A DNA stretch of 64,000 nt from positions 1 through 64,000 of the IMG/VR virus record IMGVR_UViG_3300031857_000002; one strand, given 5' to 3'. The position numbers and the translations under genes are program-made. Under the pieces are notes generated by a model. The model saw nothing but the letters and a program-made list of their open reading frames with translations. It was not told the DNA's origin and did no database searches. Positions 38,171-46,706 of this stretch are shown here, one piece after another (positions within the stretch are counted from its first letter, which is position 1; every line of letters begins with the position of its first letter).

Positions 38171-39319
38171 ATGGATATCAATCAAATTATAGAGCAAGGC
38201 AATCAATACCGTGCTGACAACCAGCCTGAGGCTGCGCTACAATGCTATGCTGAGGCAATGCGGCAGGATCGAAAAAATGCTGCCGCCTTCAACAACTACG
38301 GCAATGTGCTACGTGAAGTAGGCGAGCCAGAAGGCGCAATACCATTTTTAACCAGATCCATACAGCTAGATCCCAACAACATCACAGCACAGTTTAACCT
38401 TGCTGTGGCACACTTGTTGAGTGGCAACTATGCGCAAGGATGGCCTGCGTACGAAGTGCGATTTAACTATGAACACTTGGCTGGTACATTTCCAAAATTT
38501 ACACAGCCTCGATGGACCGGTCAAGATCTCAAGGGAAAAACTATTCTTGTGATAGGCGAGCAAGGACACGGGGACAACATTCAGTTTGTGCGCTTCTTGT
38601 ACAACTTACACGTGATGGGCGCAGAGATTATTCTGCAGGTCACAGATGGTCTTGTACCAATGCTGAGTGGCAGTCCCATAATCAAACGTGTGTCTGGATA
38701 CGACTACTCAGTGTCAGACTTTGACTACTGGGTGCCTATCATGAGTATCCCAGGAATATTAGGTATTACACTACAGAACTTACCTAGTCCAATGAATTAT
38801 CTAAATGCTGATGGTGGACTACAGCAACAATGGTTACAAAAGTTAGGTCCAAAAAAACGCATGCGTGTGGGATTTAGTTGGAGTGGCCGCAGAGATGCCT
38901 GGTTAAACCGCCACAAGGGCATGCCGTTTGAAGACATGTTAAAAATGATTCAGGCCAATCCACAGCACGAATGGATTAACTTGCAAATAGATGCCACTGA
39001 TGAAGAAACTGCAACCTTGGAGTCTGCTGGAGTTACAATGTATCCAGGCAGTATTCAAAGTTTTGCTGACACGGCTGCATTGATAGCAAATCTTGATGTA
39101 GTGGTCAGTGTGGATACTGCTATTGCACATCTAGCAGGCGCACTGGGTCGTCCCACATGGATCATGCTCAACTGGTTTGCTGTGGACTGGCGTTGGTTGT
39201 TGAATCGTGACTCTAGTCCGTGGTATTCAACTGCACGATTGTTTCGTCAACCAGTCATGGGCGACTGGACCAGTGTAACCAAGAAGGTTGGTCAATATCT
39301 GGGTTGGTTTAAAGTTTAA
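38171..39319 (+). CDS. TPR-repeat glycosyltransferase (GT9/GT-B-like)
   Basis: N-terminal TPRs (AFNNYGNVL, AQFNLA); EQG.GD.IQF.R; DTAALIANLD.V.SVDT..AHLAGALG.P.W; SPWY...RLFRQ. Confidence 0.85.
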   Translation: MDINQIIEQGNQYRADNQPEAALQCYAEAMRQDRKNAAAFNNYGNVLREVGEPEGAIPFLTRSIQLDPNNITAQFNLAVAHLLSGNYAQGWPAYEVRFNYEHLAGTFPKFTQPRWTGQDLKGKTILVIGEQGHGDNIQFVRFLYNLHVMGAEIILQVTDGLVPMLSGSPIIKRVSGYDYSVSDFDYWVPIMSIPGILGITLQNLPSPMNYLNADGGLQQQWLQKLGPKKRMRVGFSWSGRRDAWLNRHKGMPFEDMLKMIQANPQHEWINLQIDATDEETATLESAGVTMYPGSIQSFADTAALIANLDVVVSVDTAIAHLAGALGRPTWIMLNWFAVDWRWLLNRDSSPWYSTARLFRQPVMGDWTSVTKKVGQYLGWFKV

Positions 39320-40719
39320 AGACTGTTGTACCAGTTGGCCAGGCGTGGATAAGTGTCAACAAAACTTTTTCCACGACGTTGATCAAACTGTGTAAAGAAG
39401 CTTTTGAAATCTTGACTAAGGTCGTCAACATCAAATGTGCGATTCTCTTTGTCAAAGTCTTTGTTTTTGTCCCAACCAATCTTGACTTCTTTGTGAGGTA
39501 CTTCAGCCGTGGCCACATAGTGTATGAATCTGTTGATGTTGACCAAGTCGTACTCGTTAAACCACTTGAGGTTATCAGGGTTGTCCATATAGGCTCGAAT
39601 CTCTTGGCTGTATTGCTGGCGCAGTTCCATGGGCAAGATAAACAAATTTTGATAGGTTGGAAAGCGCACAGGAGTAATGCTGTAGTTCACAGCACCTGGT
39701 GATCCGGCGGCTTCTTTCTGTTCTTTGACCCAGTTCAAGAATCCCAAGAATCCATCAATAGCTGGCGCATTCACTGTGCCCATGATAAAGATGGGGTTCT
39801 TGATCAAGGGCGAGTTGCGAATCAATTCAAAGTTGCGAACAAATGTTTCCCATTCCAATCCGTCACGCACGTAGGTACCTTTGTCACCAAATGCTTCTCC
39901 GCTGGTTGTGATTTCAAAGTTTAAGCCGGTCTTTTCCACAATGTCCAAGAACTTGTGTACTTTTTCTGTGGGTATGCCCAAGTTAGTGCAGATGCTGATC
40001 TTAGCATCTGTTTTAAATCTGCCTTCAACCAGCATGTCAAAGAAATCCCAAAGGTATCCACTCATAAAAGGCTCACCGCCTGTGATTTTGAATGTCTTGA
40101 TTGACTTGTGCAGACTTTGATCCCACCACTTGAAGAACGCATTGATGTAAGGATTGTCTGAGCCGTAGTCAAACCCGTCGTCATCATAACTAGCGTGGCT
40201 GTGATGATTGCGAATGTCTGTGGGAAGATTAACGTAAGGTCCGTTTTTCTTTAGGTCTTTGACCCAGGTAGTGCTAGCGCCTGGCCAGCAGTAGCTACAG
40301 GCCATTTGGCATGTTCTGTCAAATGCAACTTCAATGTAGTCAAGGTCAATATCCTCATCCCAAGGTGCATCAAATGCACGTTGTAGATCTTCTTCTGAAG
40401 AGTGTTTGCTAAGGAACACACGATCACCTAAGTTGTCCGGATGTAGTTCTTCATAGGTCCAGCAATACTGACAGTTCAAGGGCTTCTCACCACGTTGCAT
40501 CATTCTGCGTTCTTCTTTTTTGATTGCAGTATTGTGTATGGCACTGGGATTTGTTTTGATTTCTTCAAGGTCTATGTTGTGACCTGGATTGTGATGGCAA
40601 CTAGCAGTTCTGCCGGGACGCAACCATATAGTAGAGTTAAACCACTTGGCTCCACAGAAGCTTTCGCTCTTGGTGTCTAGCACTCGTATTTTCCAACTTT
40701 TGATATCTTCGTTTTGCAT
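39316..40719 (-). CDS. radical SAM protein with N-terminal twitch/SPASM-like Cys cluster
   Basis: CQMACSYC, TGGEP; N-terminal C..KW...SCHH...CQYCW; TAAGTA 5 nt upstream of ATG 40719. Confidence 0.85.
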   Translation of the reverse strand: MQNEDIKSWKIRVLDTKSESFCGAKWFNSTIWLRPGRTASCHHNPGHNIDLEEIKTNPSAIHNTAIKKEERRMMQRGEKPLNCQYCWTYEELHPDNLGDRVFLSKHSSEEDLQRAFDAPWDEDIDLDYIEVAFDRTCQMACSYCWPGASTTWVKDLKKNGPYVNLPTDIRNHHSHASYDDDGFDYGSDNPYINAFFKWWDQSLHKSIKTFKITGGEPFMSGYLWDFFDMLVEGRFKTDAKISICTNLGIPTEKVHKFLDIVEKTGLNFEITTSGEAFGDKGTYVRDGLEWETFVRNFELIRNSPLIKNPIFIMGTVNAPAIDGFLGFLNWVKEQKEAAGSPGAVNYSITPVRFPTYQNLFILPMELRQQYSQEIRAYMDNPDNLKWFNEYDLVNINRFIHYVATAEVPHKEVKIGWDKNKDFDKENRTFDVDDLSQDFKSFFTQFDQRRGKSFVDTYPRLANWYNSL

Positions 40720-40736
40720 GCGAATACTTAGCCAAC

Positions 40737-40762
40737 AAAAAAGCACCCGGAGGTGCTTTTTT
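40737..40762. terminator. rho-independent terminator downstream of the major capsid gene (bidirectional geometry)
   Basis: AAAAAAGCACC-CGGA-GGTGCTTTTTT. Confidence 0.85.
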
Positions 40763-40782
40763 GATTTGAGTACAATCTCTGA

Positions 40783-41979
40783 TTAGGAGAAAGACAAGTT
40801 GGAAACAGCAATCTCACCAACGTAGTCACCAGCATTACCAAAAGATGATGCAGTGTTAGTTAGTTCGATGTAACCATAACGTGTCATGAATGACACAACT
40901 GGTTCGAATGTTGTTGGATCCAATACAACACCACTGCTCATCAATGGAATGTATGGGCAGTAGAATGCAGGAGCGTCAGCTTCTGAAGAACCTTTATAAC
41001 CAACCAACACAGGTGTTGTGTCGCTAGCATAAGAGTCAACGAACACACGCATAGCGCCGTTCAATGTACCAACAAACTTGGTGTTTGTAGGAGCTTCAAA
41101 TGTACCTTCTGTAGTACGTGCAAAGGCAGAAGTAGTTGCAGATTGCAACACTGTCAATGCGGCACTAGATACAACAGCGTAGTTACCAGCGCCACGACGT
41201 GTACGTTGGGCGATCAAGTTAGCAACACGGTTGATCAAAACAGCCAATGCGGCATGCTCGTCACCAACGAATGTAGCTGTACCAGAAACGGTAGCTTGGT
41301 TGTATGTGAACTCAGTAGCAGCCAAAGAACGTAGACTCAAGAGAATCTCTTGGTCGATCTCAGCTGTAATCTCTTGAGCCAAAGCAGCCATGATTTCTGC
41401 TTCAACGTCAATACCGTGCATGGCTTGTGCGTCTTGTGCAGATTCAAATGTCCAACGAGCTTGCAATTTGCGAGTCTTGGCTTCAACAGCTTGCTTCAAG
41501 ATTTGGACGGAAATTTGCTTACCGCCGTTACCTTCCATGGTAGCTGTGTTGCCACCAGTGTAAGCTGTTGCTGTTGCTGTGTCTTTTGGTACTGTAGAGT
41601 ATGCAGTAGCAATAGTGAATGGGCTCAATGCTTCTTGGCCAGCTGTAACGCTAGTTGCGGCAGCAGAAGAATCAGTCAAGCTCTGTGCATAACGTACACG
41701 CAGAGTGTGGATCTGACCAACTGGACCAGTCATTGGCTGAACACCAACCAACTCGTTAGCAATAACGGTTGGCATAACACGTCGAATCACGGGAAGAATC
41801 ACGCGGTTCAATGTGGCAATGTTGCCGGAACTTGTAGAACCTGCAGATGCATTTTCTTTCAAGTACTTGCGTGTGTTCTCAAGGATCACACTCATGGAAT
41901 TGCGACGGGTACCGTTCAAACCTTCGAGCAATGCTTCTTTGGTTTCGCCCCAGCGACTTTCTAACAATGGTTCTGACAT
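40783..41979 (-). CDS. major capsid protein (gp23-like)
   Basis: LVGVQPMTGPVGQI, VEAKTRKL.A.WT.E.AQD..A.HG.D.E, EI.AEID.E, FYCPYIPL, TRYG. Confidence 0.97.
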   Translation of the reverse strand: MSEPLLESRWGETKEALLEGLNGTRRNSMSVILENTRKYLKENASAGSTSSGNIATLNRVILPVIRRVMPTVIANELVGVQPMTGPVGQIHTLRVRYAQSLTDSSAAATSVTAGQEALSPFTIATAYSTVPKDTATATAYTGGNTATMEGNGGKQISVQILKQAVEAKTRKLQARWTFESAQDAQAMHGIDVEAEIMAALAQEITAEIDQEILLSLRSLAATEFTYNQATVSGTATFVGDEHAALAVLINRVANLIAQRTRRGAGNYAVVSSAALTVLQSATTSAFARTTEGTFEAPTNTKFVGTLNGAMRVFVDSYASDTTPVLVGYKGSSEADAPAFYCPYIPLMSSGVVLDPTTFEPVVSFMTRYGYIELTNTASSFGNAGDYVGEIAVSNLSFS

Positions 41980-42001
41980 TTAAGTCTCCTAAAAATTTAA
42001 A

Positions 42002-43096
42002 TTACAGTCCAGCCAGACGCTTGAGGTCGATCACATTGCTGCGATCTTCTTGATCAACGTTTTGGGTAGGAACAGTCTTATCACCGGTAACTGAGGAAAC
42101 ATTTTCTGTGATCACTTTAGAAGCTTTCACAGAGCGGTCTTCCAACACTGCTGGTAGATACTTTTCAAAAGCATTTTTCAAACGTGAAGTTTGGACGCTT
42201 TCGAGCAAATTACGCATGACATCGCGCTTTTCCTTGTTCAAGGGAGAAAGCAACATTTCCATCGTGCTGTCACGCTCGTTGGATTCTTTGATCATACGCA
42301 GTTCGCGTTCTTTACTCTCCACAACGACTTTCGCCTTTTGTGTGAGTTTGATGGCTTCCGCCAATTGCTGGTCCTTGCGGGACAATGCAGAGTATAACTT
42401 GCGTACTTCGGCTTTCTCATTCAAGTGAGTAGCACCAAATTCGCTTGCATACGCTTCAAAGATACGACGACCAAAATTGTTCTCACGAGCAACTTTAATG
42501 TCTTCTTGCAATTGTGTAAGTTCAGCCTTCAAGTGACGGCTAACAGCTTGACTCATTTTGTCTGCACTTTCTTTTACGAAACGTGCTTTTAATCCTTCGA
42601 GCTTGGAACGAGCTTCACGAACGAGGCGGACTTTTGTTTCCACTACGTCACGTTTGTCTGCAGCAAACTCTTGGATCTCACGAGCCAACGCATGCACCAT
42701 GAAGTTTTCTAGCTTGGCTAGACCTTCGGTGTGCATTTTACGATCTTTACGCAATTCGCCAATTTCTTCTGCAAGTTTACTAACCAAGAAGCCGTTAAAC
42801 TTCGTTGCTGATTCGTTCATCTTGCGTTGGAAACGGACGCGATCTTCAGCCAATGCTTGCTTTTCAGCAGCCACGGCTTGAATCTCTGCGGCGAGACCTT
42901 CTGTTACCATTTTGTCAAGGGCTTCCACCATTACTGACTTGTCGTGCTCGTAGCGTTGTGCAAACTCTTCTCTGAGTTCTACACGAGCCTGTTCACGAGC
43001 TTCATTTAGCTTGGTTTCCCAAGCTTCATTAATCTCCATGCGAGTTTCCTCGGTGATCAGGTCACTATCTAGCAATGGTTTGATAGCATCTAACAT
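42002..43096 (-). CDS. prohead core scaffolding protein (gp22-like)
   Basis: Coiled-coil E/K/A-rich protein between protease and capsid genes; AGGAG RBS. Confidence 0.8.
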   Translation of the reverse strand: MLDAIKPLLDSDLITEETRMEINEAWETKLNEAREQARVELREEFAQRYEHDKSVMVEALDKMVTEGLAAEIQAVAAEKQALAEDRVRFQRKMNESATKFNGFLVSKLAEEIGELRKDRKMHTEGLAKLENFMVHALAREIQEFAADKRDVVETKVRLVREARSKLEGLKARFVKESADKMSQAVSRHLKAELTQLQEDIKVARENNFGRRIFEAYASEFGATHLNEKAEVRKLYSALSRKDQQLAEAIKLTQKAKVVVESKERELRMIKESNERDSTMEMLLSPLNKEKRDVMRNLLESVQTSRLKNAFEKYLPAVLEDRSVKASKVITENVSSVTGDKTVPTQNVDQEDRSNVIDLKRLAGL

Positions 43097-43108
43097 GCCT
43101 GGTTCTCC

Positions 43109-43741
43109 TTATATTTTGAGATCTCTGATGAGCTTTTTGACTTCATCTTTGAGATATCTCTGCACTTTGTTGTTATGCCCAGATTCGCGAGCCACTTCAA
43201 GCAATCTATGTCCGTACTTCATGTTCATGAGTCCTTCGTAAATTGCTTTAGGATAAGCATTCGGAGCACTGGGTTGTGCAACCACATCTATAGTGACAAT
43301 TTCAAAGTCACTTACATGTCCTGTTCTGTCATCAACGTTGCCGCTTCCACGGCTTGATACACCTAGTCTAACACCAGATTGTAGCAACGTCTTGATCAAT
43401 TCTCCCATTGGAGTTGGCAAAATTTTAAGTTTGCCACATCCTGCGTCTCCATCCATCCACATGCCTTCAACGCTGTGGCACACACGATCCAAGTTAATCT
43501 TCAAATCATCTGGGTGATCCACTTCACCTAAAACGGAGTTACCTTCTTTAATCTGTTGATTAATAGTATTAACTGCCTTAGATATCTCGTGTAAAGGATA
43601 GACACGTTCATTTGCATTGCGCTTGTTGCCTTCAATACAAATGCCTTTAAGATAGAGATTCTTACCTCCGCTGATATCAGCTTCCTCCAACACCTGGATG
43701 TTGGCCTGATTAAAGGTAAGTTGTTCTCTTAGCGTTTTCAT
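43109..43741 (-). CDS. prohead protease (gp21-like)
   Basis: N.N.R.Y, LGE.DHP, GVSSRG.G, D.V..PSAP.A. Confidence 0.95.
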   Translation of the reverse strand: MKTLREQLTFNQANIQVLEEADISGGKNLYLKGICIEGNKRNANERVYPLHEISKAVNTINQQIKEGNSVLGEVDHPDDLKINLDRVCHSVEGMWMDGDAGCGKLKILPTPMGELIKTLLQSGVRLGVSSRGSGNVDDRTGHVSDFEIVTIDVVAQPSAPNAYPKAIYEGLMNMKYGHRLLEVARESGHNNKVQRYLKDEVKKLIRDLKI

Positions 43742-43747
43742 TGCCGA

Positions 43748-44590
43748 TTAGCCTCTAGCTACTGGAGACTTTGTGTTAACACCTGATGCTTGGCCCAAAT
43801 GAGGCTTAGTAGCAGGCTTTTGATCTTTCATGCTGGCACCAGCTTTGTTCTGGAAGTCGCCAATGAGATCTTTTGTGTTGTTGCTGTAAGCAGAAGTGTC
43901 GTGCTTGCCACCCATTTCGCCACCAGCGTGTACAGGCTTAACTGTGTTGCCAACAGGACCTTTAGCGCCTGCATTGGCTGCAACTGGGCTCTTGGAATAA
44001 GCACCTTGCTCACCAGTTACTGGCTTTGGGGCTGCTTTTAAGCTCACGGCTTCCATCATGCCCATTTCTTCTGTGTCGTCCATTTCAAGAGCGTCACCGC
44101 CTTCATCAGGACCCATCATGTCGCCATTTCCGTCCATGTCACCCATGTCGTCGTTGCCGCCCATGAGGTCTTCAAACTCGGCCATTAACTGGTCTAGTTT
44201 GTCTTCTAAATTCATGATGTCGTCTTTGGTAGCTGGCTCATCGCTGTCGCCGCCGAACTCATCATTGTCCATTTCCATGTCTTTGGTAAGATCTTCGCCG
44301 TCTTCTTCTGCTTCGTCGTCAAACTCCGCATCGTCGCCTTCGGCTTCCATGTTCATGTCAGATTCTTCTTCCATTTCCACGTCGTCGATTAGATCATTAC
44401 TGGCGTCACCACCCATGTCCATCTCGTCTAATTCTTCGTCTGCGCCTTCTTCGATTTCTTCGGCTTCTTCAGCCATGATGTCTTCGTAGATCTGGCGGCT
44501 TTTTTCCACAACGATGTCGTGGAATAGTTCGCGAGCTTTTTGCTCGTCATCATTGATCACATATTCAATCAATTGTTCAAAACGGTTCAT
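43748..44590 (-). CDS. highly acidic prohead core protein (gp67/gp68-position)
   Basis: 280 aa, D/E/M-rich; between portal and protease; late promoter at 44622-44627. Confidence 0.6.
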   Translation of the reverse strand: MNRFEQLIEYVINDDEQKARELFHDIVVEKSRQIYEDIMAEEAEEIEEGADEELDEMDMGGDASNDLIDDVEMEEESDMNMEAEGDDAEFDDEAEEDGEDLTKDMEMDNDEFGGDSDEPATKDDIMNLEDKLDQLMAEFEDLMGGNDDMGDMDGNGDMMGPDEGGDALEMDDTEEMGMMEAVSLKAAPKPVTGEQGAYSKSPVAANAGAKGPVGNTVKPVHAGGEMGGKHDTSAYSNNTKDLIGDFQNKAGASMKDQKPATKPHLGQASGVNTKSPVARG

Positions 44591-44681
44591 ATGAAAAACT
44601 CCTATAGGTAAAGTGTGTTGTTATTTACACACTAGATGAAATATAGGTGGTTTATGGGGGCAAAACGACAATAAATGCCGT

Positions 44682-44900
44682 TTACATTGGAGGGGCGGCT
44701 GGTGGTGAGTATTGTTGACGAACAAGTTTGAGTTTTTCTTTGTACTCATAGGCTCGTACATCATTCATCTTGCGCAGTTTGTTTAGCTGACGCAAGGTAA
44801 GGCGACTTTTACGCAGGTCGCCAATTTGAGGCTGGCTGTTGTCTTGTGCAACATCCTGATATGCTTCAGGTTCTTTATGCCAAAATTCTGTTAGTAACAT
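44682..44900 (-). CDS. small conserved head-module protein
   Basis: 72 aa, RK.RLTL.QLNKLRKM; TATAAATA at 44906-44913. Confidence 0.7.
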   Translation of the reverse strand: MLLTEFWHKEPEAYQDVAQDNSQPQIGDLRKSRLTLRQLNKLRKMNDVRAYEYKEKLKLVRQQYSPPAAPPM

Positions 44901-44908
44901 AGACGTAT

Positions 44909-46687
44909 TTATACTGGAGGGGGTGCGGCACCACCAGGCATTCCGCCTGGAGCAGGAGGCACAGCGCCAGGCATTCCGCCCATACCGCCATCTGGTGTCA
45001 TCTGACCAATGTCTTCGCCTGTTTGAATGTCTGTTTCTAGTGCGCCAGGAGTAATCCCTACTGATCGTAGATCTTGTCCTGTGGTAGGTTTCATCTCTGG
45101 TGAGTCACGTTCTTCACGCCACATCTCTTCGTTCTTCTTGATTTCGTCTTCAGTCAGGCCCAAGAAGCGTTCTAGCATAAAGCGTTTTGACATGTATGGC
45201 AGTTGTTCCATGCTGGTAAATGCTTGAATACGTGTGTTATCCAGCTCACTTTGACGGTAACTTGCAAAGTTTTGAGGTGCATTAAACTTGATGTTAAACA
45301 GGCTAGAGTCTATGTTAAACCCGCGCCACTTCATGAACATCTTGAATTCGTCGTCTAGTTTTTGGCAGATCAACGCCTGTAAACGTTCGCAATACTGATT
45401 GAATCTGTACTCTTGTATGAGTGCTGTGCCTACTTTTCCGTCGTCAAATGTCTTGCCTGAGTCGTCTGGACCTGTGGGCAAATAGCTTGACGGCACACGC
45501 AGACCACGGGCCATTTTGTTGTTAAAGTACTTTAAATCGTCAATTTCGCCTAGGTTCTGTCCGCCTGGCAATGTGTCCACGCTGGATCCACGACCGTCTG
45601 CTGTTTGTGGAAAGAAGTAATCTTCGTTGATGCTAAGTGGGTTATAACTGGCATCCATCATGTTCTGTCCACCACCAGTAGTGGTAGGAATTCTACGTTG
45701 ATGCATTTCGTTTTTGATACGTTCCACAAACTGCATGGCCAAGTGGCTGGGCATGTTGCCCACGTCAATCTTGAAAATACGTCGTTCAGGAGCACGACTC
45801 ACACGATAGATAAGAATTGAGTCTTCCAGCAGTTCTTTCTGCTTGAACACTTTGTAGATGTTTTCCAAGATGCTTTTGCCAAACGGCCAAAACACATCAA
45901 GTCCTTCGTTCAGGCTCATGTGCACCACGTGTTTGGCATCCAAGCAAACTTCGTTCATGGCCTGCATGAAACGACTGTTGCCCACACCGCCACCTGTGCC
46001 GCCATTGGGCATGGTGTAGTTGGCAGCACCCGAGATTGTGCCTGTTACAGGATTGGTCATGTAGTCTGTAGTAGTCTTGGCCGCCACAGTCATGTTTTGA
46101 AAGTTGGGGTTGATGTCACGAATCACATACTGTTCAGGACGCTTGCCTTCTGATTCGTTCACAATCACACGAGCTACCTTGCTCATGTCCACCCACATCA
46201 TTTCAAATGTTTCTGGATCACGCACAAAGATCTGATCGCCATACTTGATGGTATTACGGAACAGTTTGAAGATACGCTGATCCAATTTGTTTAATTTTGT
46301 CCACTGTTGCAACTGTTTACGGATGATGTCAATCTCGTGATCAGTAGGAGTGTCTGAATACTTTACTTCAAACGGTGTGCCGTTTTGTTCGTTTAGCTGT
46401 GTGGAGAACTCAGCAATAATGTCCAAACATGCATTGATCTCTGAGTCCATGTCCATGTTTTCGTACTGATTATAACGTTCAATACGGTTGGGATGACCTG
46501 AGTAAACTTCTGGCAGTCGGCTGGCATAGTTGCGATAAACCATGTCTGCAGGATAGTTATCGGTGCCGTTGTTCTTGCCGTAGCCTGGAAAGCCGTCAGC
46601 ATAGCGTCCTGAAATTGGACCTAACTGACCAGTGGTGTCGGCCACTTTGAAATATTTTTTCCAGCCGGGGGATTGTTTTTCTGCCAT
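44909..46687 (-). CDS. portal protein (gp20-like)
   Basis: LLEDS.LIYR..RAPERRIF.IDVGNMP...A, EDYFFP....GRGS.V.TLPGG.NL....D..YF..K....L.VP. Confidence 0.96.
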   Translation of the reverse strand: MAEKQSPGWKKYFKVADTTGQLGPISGRYADGFPGYGKNNGTDNYPADMVYRNYASRLPEVYSGHPNRIERYNQYENMDMDSEINACLDIIAEFSTQLNEQNGTPFEVKYSDTPTDHEIDIIRKQLQQWTKLNKLDQRIFKLFRNTIKYGDQIFVRDPETFEMMWVDMSKVARVIVNESEGKRPEQYVIRDINPNFQNMTVAAKTTTDYMTNPVTGTISGAANYTMPNGGTGGGVGNSRFMQAMNEVCLDAKHVVHMSLNEGLDVFWPFGKSILENIYKVFKQKELLEDSILIYRVSRAPERRIFKIDVGNMPSHLAMQFVERIKNEMHQRRIPTTTGGGQNMMDASYNPLSINEDYFFPQTADGRGSSVDTLPGGQNLGEIDDLKYFNNKMARGLRVPSSYLPTGPDDSGKTFDDGKVGTALIQEYRFNQYCERLQALICQKLDDEFKMFMKWRGFNIDSSLFNIKFNAPQNFASYRQSELDNTRIQAFTSMEQLPYMSKRFMLERFLGLTEDEIKKNEEMWREERDSPEMKPTTGQDLRSVGITPGALETDIQTGEDIGQMTPDGGMGGMPGAVPPAPGGMPGGAAPPPV

Positions 46688-46706
46688 AGTAAGTTATTTA
46701 CCGTGT

